A stretch of 64,000 bases of DNA, taken from Marsupella aquatica. Its lineage: Eukaryota > Plantae > Marchantiophyta. Location: NCBI GenBank assembly GCA_973895155.1, contig OZ316895.1, forward strand, positions 15,506,816 to 15,570,815, in the 5' to 3' direction. Positions 1 through 13,523 of this stretch are shown one piece after another. Position numbers and translations under genes: made by a program. Each line of letters begins with the position of its first letter. Position 1 is the stretch's first letter. Below the pieces are notes generated by a model that was given only the letters and a program-made list of their open reading frames with translations, had not been told where the DNA came from and made no database searches.

Positions 1-326
1 CCATAGCAGGAGGGAGAGTAGACCAGTTAACCAAGGGCAGGGGCCAATTTTAGACCAAGGAGATATTCATAACTCGGATCACTACACCACCCTGTGTGTG
101 CCCACTCGCTCGCCAAGGGAGGACAGAAACGTGGACTCTTGCTTGTAGACTCAAAGGCCCATAGTAAATCTGTTTATGTAGTAATCTCAAATTGAAGATT
201 GTCAATCAATCATTGAAATCAGGGGTGAAAATCACAATGTAGCCCGTTTGTGTTTTTTAGTCTCCCCACTAGCTCCAGCCAGGCTCCTATTGGGTCTAGA
301 GCTTACATGGAAACCCAAGTCAGAGT

Positions 327-670
327 TGTTGAGCATAGACGACATTCGTAACGGCAAGCCCATGAACCATCTAACGCACAATAGTCGACACAGAGAGATA
401 CGTGGTTCACCTCCACATGAGGCTACGTCCACGAGAACACACAAGAGCTTTATTGCACTCTAGGCCGACCGGCCATACCAAGCATCCACAGCACAAGCTC
501 TCCCTATCTCTCAACTAGCTCCGTAACAATGAGCCTTTGTTCCACCAGGGTCTGGCATCAGCCCTGGCTATATGCACAACAGCACTACCGCTAACCTTAG
601 CTAGGTCCTAACCTGAGTTAGCCTAACTGTGGTTAGCACAAGAGTCACAAGACTAGAGCAATATCTAACA
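327..670 (-). repeat. 3' LTR of the copia element
   Basis: TGTTGAGC...TCTAACA; about 7 substitutions by eye (all transitions) versus the other LTR. Confidence 0.97.
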
Positions 671-672
671 AA

Positions 673-681
673 CTCCCCCTT
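673..681 (-). other. Polypurine tract (PPT)
   Basis: AAGGGGGAG on the minus strand, 2 nt from the 3' LTR. Confidence 0.9.
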
Positions 682-877
682 GACTCTTGTCTTGGGGACT
701 GGACTAAAAGCTACCATATGGAATCCTCAGCGGGAAGTTCTAGACAATCACCAAACCAGGTCTCCCCCTAAAAACCACAAGGGTTAACTAAGGGTTAACT
801 AGAACTAAGCCGTAGCCTAACAGGAATGAGTAATCCATATACAAATAGTCACACATTGCTAAACAACTCTACTTGCA

Positions 878-3800
878 CTACAACTGCAAAACCTGCAAAG
901 TAGCACGGTGTCTTGAGAAACTCTCCAAAGGAATCACTTTGGTAAAGGCATCAGCGGGATTGAGCTTTCCATCAATCTTGACTAGCTCAAAAGTTTTATC
1001 AGACACTGCTTGCCTGATAAAATGGTACCTGATATCAATGTGCTTCACCCTGTTATCCATCACCTGGTTAGCAGCCAAGTGAAGAGCACTCTGACTATCA
1101 CAGTTTAGAGTCATTTTTCCATGCTCTAAACCCATCTCCGCGATCAACTTATCCAACCAAATTGCTTCCTTTGCTGCTTCTGCTGCTGCAACATACTCTG
1201 CTTCTGTAGTAGACTGAGATATGCACTTCTACAAGGTAAATTTCCAACTGATACATCCTCCTCCAAGAGTGTATACAAACCCAGTTGTAGACCTCCTTGT
1301 ATCCAGACAGCCTCCATAGTCAAAATCTACATAGCCAACTAATGTTCTATCTGATCTGTTATCAAATAGTAATCCATAGTCCTGTGTACCCTTGAGATAC
1401 CTGAGAATCCACTTCACAGCTTCCCAATGTATCTTCCCTGGATTTGACATGAATCTGCTGACCTTGCCCATCGCTAGGGCCAAGTCAGGCCTAGTACAAG
1501 TCATCAAATACATCAGACTGCCTACTGCCTTCTCATAAGGAATCTTAGCCATCAGACCTTTCTCCACAACATCCGTAGGAGAGAAAGCCGATGATAACTT
1601 GAAATGTGAAGCTAAAGGAATACTCATTGGCTTACAGTTCTCCATGTTGAATCGTGCAAGTACTTTCCTTGCATACTGGCCTTGACTCAAGCACAACTGT
1701 CCAGTCTTAGAGTTCCTAAAAATCTCCATCCCTAAGATCCTCTTGGCCTTACCAAGATCCTTCATCCTGAATTCAGCACTCAGTTTCGCCTTGAGACTGT
1801 CAACCTCAGATTGATCTTTAGCCACAATCAGCATGTCATCCACATAGATCACCAGAATGATGAAACCGAATACATCATTCTTGACTGATTTCGTATACAC
1901 ACAAGGATCATACACCATCCTTGTAAAACCTTGAGCAAGCATGAAATCATCAAACCGCTTGTTCCATTGTCTGGGAGACTGCTTCAATCCATACAAGGAC
2001 TTGAGCAATCTGCAAACTAAATTCTCTTGGCCCTTCTTCATAAAGCCTAGTGGTTGTCTCATGAAGATCATCTCTTCCAAGTTGCCATAGAGAAAAGCAG
2101 TAACAACATCCATCTGATCCATCACCAGACCAAAAAACACAACAAGCTGACACAAGATCCGAATTGTGGAATACTTAGCTACTGGTGAAAAGACCTCATT
2201 GTAATCCACTCCTTTCTCCTGAGTGAATCCCTTGGCAACAAGCCGTGCCTTGTAGATCTTATCTCCACCCTCTGAAGGACTGTCCTTCAACTTGTAAATC
2301 CACTTGCTGTCCACCACTTGCTGACCTCTTGGAAGCTCCACCAACTCCCATGTCTTGTTATCACTCAAAGATTGCAACTCCCTCTGCATTGCTGCATTCC
2401 ACTCATGCTTCTGCTCTGAAGCACAAGCCTCACTATACGAAGAAGGCTCTCCTTCTTCCAAGATCAAAGCCATATCATCTTCATCAGGTGCAATGTCAAT
2501 ATCATCTAGCTTAGATGAGTCTGCCCATTGACCATACCTGGTAGGAGCTCTAGTAGAACGACTGGAAGTTCTTCTAGTAGATGACTCAGGCTGATCTGCT
2601 GTTGCTGCTGGTTGAATTTGAGGTACCCCAACAACAATCTGCTCCTCTTGTTCCATCACAGGAACCAGCTCCAAGCCCGAAGCTTCTCCATCTCTCCTAT
2701 CATGAACTGCATCATGACTAATCTCCCCCTCAACCCAGTCCGGGATGGGAGATTTCCCCTTGTCAGTATGGGAGTCTTGAGAACTCTCCCCCTCCTTTGA
2801 TGATCTGGATTCATTAAAGGACACATCTCTACTGACAATTAGTTTACAGGTTACTGGATCCCATAACCTATAACCCTTCACACCTTTCTGATAGCCAAGG
2901 AAAATGTACTTCTTCGACTTGGACTCCAGCTTGGATCGAAGCTGGGAAGGTGTAAGCACATAAGCATCACATCCAAAAATCCTCAGATGTGAATAATCTG
3001 CTGGTCGCCCGTACCTCATTTCAAATGGCGTCTTGAATCCAATAGAACTGGATGGAGAAAAATTTACCAAATAAGCTGCAGTGTTGACAGCTTCATCCCA
3101 AAACTCATGTGGTAAGCATGATTGACTCAACATACTCCTCGAGCGGTCCAATAGTGTTCGGTTGAGTCTCTCAGAAACACCATTTTTGCTGAGGAGTATA
3201 ACTTGTTGTGAGATGGCGGGTGATCCCCTGCTCCTTACAATATGTTCCAAATTCACCGGAATTGTATTCACCGCCGTTACCCGATCGAAGATATCTCACC
3301 TTATTACCAGTGTGATTCTCAACTTGGGCTTTCCACTCCTTAAAAGTGGCAAAAATATCAGACTTATTGTGTAGAAAGTATATCCACACATACCTTGAGT
3401 ACTCGTCTATGAACGTGACATAGTATAACCGTCCAGAATGTGAGGGAGTAGGGGCTGGACCCCACACATCACTATGTACATACTCAAGTACCTCCTTGCT
3501 GGTGTGAGTTCCAACTCCGAAGGGTTTCCTGTGCTGCTTCCCTAGCACACAGTGCTCACAAAAATCCAACTTACAAGATTTCAAATTAGAAAGTAATCCT
3601 TTCTTCTGAAGAATAACCAAACCTTTTTCACTCATGTGGCCCAAACGGAAGTGCCACAGCCGGGCCGTCTCCTCATGAGATAAGGTTACATTGGCTTCAT
3701 CACAGACTACACTGCCCTCCAAAACGTATAGATTGCTATGTCTCTTTCCCTTCAATACAACTTTAGTACCAGTTAAAACCTGAAGGACACCATTAGCAGA

Positions 3801-5137
3801 GCTCCACTGATGGCCATTTGCTTTTAAAACTCCAAGTGAAATGAGATTTTTCATCATGCTGGGAATATGTCTCACATTCCTCAACGTTCTCACAACACCA
3901 TCAAACATCTGAAATCTTACAGATCCAAGTCCAACAACTTGACATGGGATTCTATTTCCCATCAACACTGACCCGTTGGAAACCGTGTAAGAACTGAAAC
4001 AATCTCTTCTCGAGCAAATGTGAAAAGTACATGCACTATCTAGAATCCAGTCATCTTTACCTGGATTTGACACTACGTTGAGAGCATAACTTTGACATCA
4101 CAATATGTCATCATCATCGAGTAAATCTACCTCATGCGAGCTCGATGCCGCATTAGCAGAGGCAGTAGGGACCTTTACTCGACAATCCCTTTTCATGTGG
4201 CCAAGCTTGCCACAATTCCAACATGCAAGAGGCTTCCTCTCTTGCGATTTCCCTCTGGATTTAGATCTCCCCCGTGATGTAGATCTAAACCTGTTCTGCC
4301 CCTGTTCACATTGAGCGCAGTGCCAGAAGAAGATGCTGTCTGTGATTGACCTAGCTTCTTCTGAGCATCATCAGACAATAATGAGCTCACCACCTCATTA
4401 TACGAAATGGACTTCAGATCTCTGTACAAGAGCACCTGTTTCAAGCCCTGATAAGACGGCGGTAAGGAGCTTAGTAGAAGCAAGGTCTTATCCTCATCTT
4501 CAACTCCTTTTCCCAGGTTTGACAGATCCACCGCTAGACTGTCAAATTCATCCAGGTGATCCTGCATCTTGCTCCCTTCCTTGAGCCTAAGGCTCATCAA
4601 GAGAGACTTCTTGTACAGCCGGTCTGACGCATCTTCCCAGTAGTACTTCTCTCTTAGAGCCTTGAACAGTGACGTGCAATCCGCATAATCATCCAGCTGC
4701 TTGATGATGTGCGGCTTGAGATATAGCATCACTGCATTGACAGCAATCACCTGCTCCTGTCTCCACTGTCTCAAAGAAATCTCCTCCTCTCCATCATACT
4801 GCTCTCGCGAAGAGAGCAGATGAGCTAAGCCCATGGCCCGTAGAACACCCTTCACTTGCTTCTCCCACAGCAAGTAGTTAGTACGACTATCGTACTTCTC
4901 CACCTCAAACTTTACTCCTCCGAATCTAGCCATCTCCCTCTTCTTCCCTACTACCGACAGCTCTGGTAGTAACACAGCTTCCTCCACTGCACGCCACACC
5001 GGTGATCGTACCGGTGTCACTAGTTCTTCCTCAAACGGTAGCAGCTCCTCCTCAGACTCTCCGTCTGACCGTCGCGATCCTGAAGCTCCACCGATGCCAA
5101 TTCTTCCAGTATCCTCCGAGTCACTCATATGAAACAA
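878..5137 (-). pseudogene. copia gag-pol polyprotein, disrupted
   Basis: Gag (FEVEKYD, LLLSSLPPSY), CCHC knuckle CWNCGKLGHMKRDC, protease WILDSACTFH, integrase HSDVWGP, RT YKARLVAKGF/YVDDML, RNase H KHIDIRYHFIR. Frameshifts near 4290 and 3185; in-frame TAG at 1229-1231. Confidence 0.95.
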
Positions 5138-6668
5138 TCACGAAAAAACATCTTTTTTAAAAACTTCTCATAAAACTCAAAACTCAACACCGCCGCGTAG
5201 CCCACGAAGCTAGGAGTCCAATACTGAAAGCCAAAATCAAAATTCGACGGAAAAGTTATTCAAATTTCGGTTGGGGTGGGTAAAACCTTGGGAAACTCCC
5301 CCGTTTTGACCACCTCGGAGAATAACCGAAATACCCAGTACAACCTGTCGTCGGAATCGCGATGTGATCGGTGCACCACGTTGCTAACTCCAGTGGCAAC
5401 GTCCTCACCGAAAAAGAACCAAAAAAGTTACCGTTCGGTGGACGGAATCTTTGTCGGACGGCCAAAAAACAGCTCTCTGTTTTTCGGGAATATTCCCGCA
5501 CAGTACAGCAGGTCTCACAGGGGGCAGTTCCCCCTGTCCAAGTGGTTAAAACGGAAGGCGGCAGGTCCCGGCACATGGGACAAACTAATCAGAGGGAAAA
5601 AAGGCTAAAAATGGGCACTAAAGGGGGTGCTTAAGCCCCTTAAAGCCTAAAATACCCCGTAAAGGGCCGGGGGTACGAAGGGCGAATGGCCGGCATCGGG
5701 GCGGGACGAGGGTACAGCCGCGTACAAGTGGCGTAGAGCCACAAAGGGCTGGGCATACGATGATAGGGCGGTGCCGCGGTAGCGACCGACACAGTATGGT
5801 GGAGGGCGTACGAGCGCGCAAAAAGCGCCGGCCGATGTTGCGCAGCTCGTCGCTGCGGCTGAAGGATGAGGGGAAAACAAGGTACGGGGGGGGGTCGGGC
5901 GTACAAGGGGAAACGATGGGGGACAAGGGCCGGGAGGGTGTGTATACACACCAAAAGTGGCCCTAACCAAAGCCAAGATTTGATTTTAAAACAAAAAAGC
6001 CGTTTACACACCTTGAACGCCGCTGCTTCTCACGAGTAAAGTGAATGCCGCCGACGGGAAATGTTGCCGAATTGCACCAGCACAGTCTGCAGCTCCAGCA
6101 AAGAAAAAAATTCGTTGTGTCACACTCACTCCGCGTCAAGTGCCAAACCCAGACTCAAAACGACCGCTTCACCGCGATCAAACCGTTGAGCCGTAGCACT
6201 TCGCGTTTCTTCCACCGAGTCAGACGTCACAAAGAGAAACCCGGTTCAGATGAGAACAAGCTCCATAGCTTGTGAAACCTGAATGCCTCCGTCACTCATC
6301 ACGTCGCACTCGGTAACAACTCGGCAACAAATCAACTACCAAAACGATCAGCTTGCTTCAACCTTCAACTTGAGCTACAACATGCGACGCCTCCCGCACC
6401 GCACAGCTCACACTGTTGAAAACACAAACTCTGGTCTCTCCCCCGAAAAACCGTCGAACATGAATAAAACCTGAACGACGCAAACTTCGATTCCTCCGCA
6501 CCACGGATACCGATCAGCGAGTTCTAACCACCGTTAGAAAGCCCTCTCACTAACCTATCCGCACAGCCACACACATTCAAGTTTCATGCGACGAAACTCT
6601 GAATGTACCATCGACAATGAACGCTGGAAAAAACCTGTCACGAAAAAACCTCGTCACCTCCCAGGCAT

Positions 6669-6680
6669 GCTCTGATACCA
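6669..6680 (-). other. Primer binding site, tRNA-iMet
   Basis: TGGTATCAGAGC 2 nt inside the 5' LTR. Confidence 0.95.
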
Positions 6681-6682
6681 CT

Positions 6683-7026
6683 TGTTGAGCATAGACGACA
6701 TTCGTAACGGCAAGCCCATGAACCATCCAACGCACAATAGTCGACATAGAGAGATACGTGGTTCACCTCCACATGAGGCTATGTCCACGGGAACACACAA
6801 GAGCTTTACTGCACTCTAGGCCAACCGGCCATACCAAGCATCCACAGCACAAGCTCTCCCTATCTCTCAACTAGCTCCGTAACAATGAGCCTTTGTTCCA
6901 CCAGGGTCTGGCATCAGCCCTGGCTATATGCACAACAGCACTACCGCTAACCTTAGCTAGGTCCTAACCTGAGTTAGCCTAACTATGGTTAGCACAAGAG
7001 TCACAAGACTAGAGCAATATCTAACA
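6683..7026 (-). repeat. 5' LTR of the copia element
   Basis: Direct repeat of 327-670, adjacent to the PBS. Confidence 0.97.
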
Positions 7027-10000
7027 AGAGTTGCAATTAAATAAAGCCCACCGAACGTTTGTATATCACTATAGAAACAGCGAGAACGGGAAGGAATCGA
7101 TCATCGAGTCCTTGCATTAAGGTCTACATTACCGTAGAGACCATCAGGTATGGTCGTATGGACAATTAATACCGTACTGCCATTAATTTGACCAGGCGCC
7201 CATTCAAGTGAACAAAGTGTCAACAATTTTGTGTTGGCTCAGCGGCCATTCTGTTTTTTTGTTGTGAGCAAAGTGAGTTGATAATGGTAGACCTTTGAGC
7301 TACCATCAAAGTGACCTCAGTTGCAAAGTGAGTTGATGATGTCTACCATCATCAACTGAGCAAAGTGTCAACAATTTTGTCTATTTTGTGTGCACATTTG
7401 GTTTTTTTTTCCCAACTTTCACTCATCATGAATTATTTTTGGGCCTTTGTGCACAAAATGTTTCTTGAGTAAAACCTCAAAATAATTCATATTCCAACAA
7501 TTCTCACATACCATCATCAGGGGCTGTCTTATATAGAGTAAAATGAGGGAAAAATCAACAAATTCCATTATTTACGGAGGGCCCCTGGATGACAATATGT
7601 CATGGAAAGTTGGTTTATTAATAAACTTATTTACACACTCAAGCTTTATTTGAGTAGGCCTTTTGAGATTCCTGGTTTTCAAATGGAGTATGACTTGGGT
7701 TAAGAATGTTACCCATAGGTTTAAGAGAATATTTACAAATCTTTGTAGATTGCTAAAGTTATTCAAAATGCAACAGGATGGGTTTTAAAATCTTTGCAGA
7801 TTGTTAACTTTGTGTTGTCCAGAGTTACGTTGTCACGTTGTGTTACGAATGCAAGAAAAAAACTTGAATTAGTGCTTTAAGGTTTTAGTTGGCTTTTGGT
7901 AATAAAAGTGACCCTGTCAGTGCGCTGGCAAAGCAAGAAGCTACGGTATCTTGTAAATGCACAAGAACCCAGGGTTTCAGTTATTGTTTTACTTTATTTT
8001 CCTGTATTACTCATTTCAGTTCACTTGCTCGCGATTCACACTTCATTAAAATTATATTCTTCTACTTTTGAATACTTTGGCTCACTACAAGAAAATTTGA
8101 AATAAGATCCTTTTTGGGGGGATTTTTTTCAAAATGGGGGGTAAAAATTTGTGCCAAGTGAGGTGGAAGGACTGTAAATAAGTATTTGAATTTGAGCTCA
8201 CATCGACAACAGTTTAGTTTATTCAATGATATTGATTGGGAAAGAAATGTAGGCATTTCAAAAGCTTTTTTAATGTTAAACACTGATTTATGAATCTATG
8301 AACTATTATTTTTAGCTCTGGAGTATAATTTAAAAGGAGCATAAAATTAACTTTTGCCAAAGGATATGATCATCCTCGAAGTAGTACAGTAGTAGCCGCC
8401 AAGGTCTACTCGTTTTGGGATCGTAGGTAGACAAGACTGGGAATAGACAATGGCACATTAAAATTAGAATTTAGAAAGCAGCTTTTTTGCTCGAAAAAAC
8501 AAATTGAAATTCATCTGGTTTTTACTTGTTCCCATCATGTCTTTTGTGTTGAAATTGACTCTGGAGAAATTTCGAAACTGTTCAGCCGAATGACCAGGCT
8601 AGTGTGCATGGAACGTCAACTACACGGCGCGAAATCAGAACGGCACAAAAGAAATTCTCCAATTGCTAGTGCAGGAGTATGGAGAGAGTCTCGTCGACAG
8701 TCAACTCCTTTGGACTGCCGGCATCTGAGACATTTGGGAAACGTCCGAAGCAGTTCAATGACAATGATCTTCGGGTCCACAGATCACGCAACGGCGTGGC
8801 AAAAACGATCGCCAAATTAATTTCAGTTGCAAATTGGGCTGTAGCAGCCTGTTAACTCTCAGAAGCTACCCAACCTCGAGAAGCACAAACGATCTGTCGC
8901 AACTGGTCCTTGAACATCAATCCAACTCCATGGCAGCGAATCGCGAATCAGGCCAAAATCCGTCACAAGATTCCATCTGCGATCCATTACGGCATACTTC
9001 TTTTGGGCACTCATTAATTTCTATCTCCGATTTGGGCTGAATATCAACCCCTTACAAAATACTGTACAATAAAGACGAGCAACTAAAAAAATGCAAACTT
9101 GGAATGGGATTTGATAGGCAATCAAGTTTTTGAAAATTGGGGAAATATCCCGATGCAGGATTGATTCGGGTGACAGGCGTCGAAGGCAGAAGCATCAGCA
9201 CAATCATGGAGATCATCCAGTCCGTGAAATCGAGGATGCTGTGGAAAGTCAAGCTGTCGGAGGATGTGTCGAGGCGATAATGTACGTTCGACCAGAATTC
9301 GAGGATCCGGCGCGTGAAACATCAAGGGTATGTGTCGAGACGATAACGTCCGTTCGACCACCAATTGCATGCAGCGTTGGTTTGAACTTAAAATTCAGAC
9401 AGGAAAATTAACCTACGCACATTAAACAGATTGGTGGCCAGCGGACTCGCCGAGGCTCTTGATTCATTGGAGAAAGCTGCATCCGCACCATCGACTATCA
9501 ACAAAACAAATGAACGGTCGCACTGACTTCAGGCGAGACTTCAGGATGGGGAAAACCGTAGTTATCAATTTTCTTCTGATTAATGAAGGACAGTTCTATG
9601 CTCCACCATCTTCTCCGATCCTCGCAGCTAATCCAACAGCTGAGAAAGCATTATATTGTGCTGCATGCCGATAGACAGCGGTTTGATTGGGAATTAGTGT
9701 GCATATAAATGGTGAAGGGTACGAGTCCATTTTTTACTGGGGATTCATTACCAACTTTCAAGGGAAGATGGAAGCTCCCTACCGTTGCACTGCCAGTTTG
9801 GCAACGACAGGGATGGATCGGACAAGAGGAAAAGACGCGATTTATGGCGTCCTGCATTCTGCACCCACCGACCTACCCACCACAGCGATTTGAACAATTC
9901 AGCGTACACGCGCGCGCGAATATGTTTAATTATTTGAAACGCCCACTAATCCTCATTGTCGAGCCTTGGGCATGAAAAGAAGAGGAAAGGGAACCTTATT

Positions 10001-11329
10001 TTGATTTGGGAGATACGGGAAAATGACCAATTGACTATACAGGGCCAAACAAGTAAATTTGAGAAAACTCAGAAAGTAGAAATAACATCTAAAATAAAAA
10101 AAAGATGACCCTAAATACCTAGAAAGAAGAAAAACTAAAAACTAACTTATGCTATTGGTACATCTCTAGTGTTGTAACTAAATATGCAAGTGTGCTCTTG
10201 GTTAATATTGTAAATAAATATGCAATTGTGCTCTCGGTCAGCCTTTTAGTAAGTGTTGTGACTAAGACTTCAAGTGGGAGATGGATTTAATATTCTAGCG
10301 TGGCAAGCCTCTCTTAGGTGCACACTCGATCTACTGCTAGAGGTATATGATGGATAGCTCGAGCTTGCTGTATTATGTCACCAAATCTGCTGACATAAGT
10401 GCCTTGTCAAAACAGAGAGTAGTGCTCCTGTGGAACCAGCCTCTGACATGTGATGGGATGTCATGAGCTACCTATTGAAGAGCCTATCTCGGGTGCCTAT
10501 CAAACTAATCTCCCAAGTATCTCAATAGCAAGAGGGAGGAAGTTATGACTACCCTTGTGTTACATCTTTTTCCTCTTTTGCCGTTGCTGCCGATGTCCAT
10601 GTTGCCCTTGCACATCATGGTGCTATCTTATAAATGATGTGTAGGCGAAAAAACTTAATTGGCTGCCTGGCTACCATAACATCAGCCAGAGTATCTGTAT
10701 AGTCTCAGACTATGGTAAGATTGGCACATACTAGTCCTTGCGGCGGCAGACCAAGCAACAGGCAGATTGAGCACTGGCCACCTCTTACCACATCTACCCC
10801 AAAGTTGCAGTGAGAGAGACCTGGGCCATGGTGCCCCTCATAACTTTACATCATGAACAACTATGGCTTCTCTGCACATATGAGTGCATATATCATACCC
10901 AAAAAGATGTACATCACAAATCTTCCCACATGTGAAGACAGAATGTGAAGGAAGTACTTAGATAAACCCACAATACTTAAGTTGTTGTGATAACTTACAA
11001 AGCTGTAGACATCTTACTATAAAAGCTCCAACTGAAACCTGCTGTTAAGGACCTAGGTCTAGGTGGAGCCTCTAGACCATAACCCTTCCAGACAAAAGTG
11101 ATCATGACTCTCATTAAAAAATACTTAAAATGAGAATAAACAAAAATGATATTGATTTTAAATAAAGACAAATCTGAAAAGCAGGTGGACAAAAAACAAT
11201 GATGGAGCAAAGATTAACGAAAATAGCATGGAAATTTTATCATCCAATACTGTTTTTATTCATATATATTTACGTTCAAGGAGCTGGTAATCAGGCAAGT
11301 TCTGGCACAGTAATGCTAGGATTATTGAC

Positions 11330-12090
11330 CTGAAGCCCGGTTTGGACTTGCCCGGCAAATAGGCCGTTTTAAGGCCGGCAAGCCGACACCCGGACTCTCC
11401 CGGTCGGCATCATCCGGTCCCGGCCCAAGTACATCCTCCGGTCCCAGCCTCCCGGTCCTCTTCCCTCCCGGACCCTCTTCCCTCCCAGCCCGGACCCTAA
11501 ACCCCCCCCGGCCCGGACCCTTCACCCTCCCGGCCCCGGACGCTAAACCTCCCCCGGCCTGGACCCTAAACCCCTCCCGCCCCGGACCCTTCACTCTCCC
11601 GGCCCGGGCCCTAAAGCCCCCCTGCACCGGACCCTAAAGCCCCCCCAGCCCCCGGACCCTTCTCCCTCCCGGCCCGGACCCTAAAGCCCCCCCCACCCTG
11701 GACCCTACAAGCCCCCGGCCCCGGACCCTTCACCCTCCCGCCCCGGACCCTAAAGGCCCCGGTCTCTAAAGCCCCCCCGGCCCGGCCCGGACCCTAAAGC
11801 CCCCGGCCCCGGTCTCCAAAGCCTCCCCGGCCCGGCCCGGACCCTAAAGCCCCCCCGCCCGGACCCTAAAGCCCCCGGCCCCGGTCTCTAAAGCCCCCCG
11901 GCCCGGCCCGGCCCACCCCCACCCGACCCGGGCCCACCATTAGGGACCGGGTCGCGCGAGGGTGGGCCCGGGGGGCTTTAGGGTTAGGTCGAGGCCAGCG
12001 CGCGCGAGGGGAGGCAACCGCCGGGGGGGATCGGGCTCGGCCACCTGGGAGATGGCTCGCGAGGGGGGAGGGAGGAGACCGGGACCGGGC
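11330..12090. repeat. Very GC-rich minisatellite of CCGGACCCTAAAGCCCCC-type units
   Basis: Many CCGGACCC/GGCCCGG motifs, often containing CCCTAAA; strongly C-rich on the plus strand. Confidence 0.85.
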
Positions 12091-12267
12091 CTATGAAGTG
12101 AGGAGGTCTCCTCACTTTTTCTTGCTTTTGCTTATGTTTTGGTTACTTTTGAGTTTAGTTGCCTTGTTTTTAAGTAATTTTGAATGTTTTTTTGGCTATG
12201 TTTTGCCTTGCGTGTATGACATTAACATCTAGTTTTAATTTGGAGGGGTATTATGGTTCTCACGTAT

Positions 12268-12591
12268 GCGCATGCTTGGAGCTTATGCTTGGCGTGTGGT
12301 ATTTCGTATGAGAGAACCTAATATCGCCTTAACAGTTTAGTGTCATTTGTGAGTTGAGTGGAGAATTTGCTAGGATAGAGATTTTCATGTACGCATGCTT
12401 GGAGTTTCCGCTCGGCGTGTGGTACTTTGCATGGATATCTTGATTTCTTGTAAATATGTTCACAATATTTACAAATGATATCTAAACTATAGGTTTCACA
12501 TAGATTGGAGTAGGAATGTAACAACTTGAAGGAAAATACAACTTTTGTGCGCATGCTTGGAGTTTCGGCTCAGCATGTGGTATTTCACATA
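12268..12591 (+). repeat. Three dispersed ~42-bp repeats
   Basis: CGCATGCTTGGAG..(C/T)GGCGTGTGGTA(T/C)TT-like motif at about 12268, 12392 and 12549. Confidence 0.75.
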
Positions 12592-12820
12592 GTTGTCTTT
12601 CCCCTTCATCCTTGTTACTTTCAAAATACTAAACAAACGAATAAAATATTAAATAATTATATTGCTTGGGTATTATTGATACCAACACAAAGTGTAAAAT
12701 GACATTTCAGGGATCCAGCTTCATTGTACTACTTGCATCATCCATACCCTCGGCGAGCAGCCAACACACTATGTAAGCGCCTATTCTTTGTCCTACAACT
12801 TGTTGTGGTTACTTGAGAAC

Positions 12821-13523
12821 ATGGCCGCTGCACATGTGAGTGAAGAGTATATGCAACTTTTTGAGGCAATGAAGACCATGCTAAACGAGGGATTCCAACC
12901 AGATCCTCATGCCCTCAATGCCCTAAAGAATGCTCACAAAACCTTATAAATCTGTAAGCATGGCAAAACCTTAGGAAAACGGAAACATAGAGGAGGTGCA
13001 ATTGGTGTTGCATTGAAAGAAAGAAGGCAACATGTGTTAGTTGCGATTTGGAAAAAGATTCTATATCCCTACACTTTGCCAGCACAATATTAGCAGGATG
13101 CCTTTGAGAGGAAGTATGCCATGCATGGAGCAGAGGATTACAAAAACCTTTTAAATGACATGGGGCGTTGCATGCATGAGACTGTGGAGAAAGAAGAAGA
13201 CACGATCCGAGATGAAATTGCTGCCTTAATAAGTGATTTTGAGAAGCCAGGTGGATTTGTTGAACATCTGGCGTTGAACTTTGCGGTAAATCTTTGGGAC
13301 AAGTTGGAAACCAATTTGGATGAGGCCGGGGCCATCATGCTTGGAGTTCCTTGGTTATACACATATAGAAGAAATTTTCTAGCAAAATGGAGCAAAGAGT
13401 TAGCAATGGCCAAATTGGAGAGTAATGTCAAATATGGGAGCAAGGTCGTGCAGTTTAGAGAGATTGGTGTGGAAGTTGCAGATAGAGGAACGCGTCCATC
13501 ATAAGTTTTTCCCATGGTCAGGA
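12821..13523 (+). pseudogene. N-terminal half of a protein-kinase gene interrupted by the Sola2-like element
   Basis: Frame from ATG 12821 with three premature stops; joins in frame via TSD AGGA (..VR|SIHFLRR..) to the kinase at 52785. Confidence 0.8.

Larger units (their letters stand above)
327..7026 (-). mobile_element. Full-length Ty1/copia LTR retrotransposon (Tnt1/Tork-like), defective
   Basis: Two 344-bp TG...CA LTRs (327-670, 6683-7026); 5-bp TSD AGAGT at 322-326 and 7027-7031; PBS and PPT present; gag-PR-IN-RT-RH order on the minus strand. Confidence 0.97.

Noticed and set aside
5256-6474. Several overlapping ORFs in the copia leader (possible extra gene)
   Set aside because: Short, overlapping on both strands, GC-driven and without recognisable motifs
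8590-9975. Short ORFs and a ~66-bp duplication at 9264-9362 as a gene
   Set aside because: No continuous frame or domain that I can recognise
10170-11000. Possible solo LTR
   Set aside because: No TG...CA pair with a matching TSD found
11322-11627. Gly/Arg-rich ORF
   Set aside because: Translation of the GC-rich minisatellite
12268-12591. Three ~42-bp repeats with unique spacers, superficially CRISPR-like
   Set aside because: Eukaryotic context, degenerate repeats, unequal spacers of about 80 and 115 bp, and no cas genes
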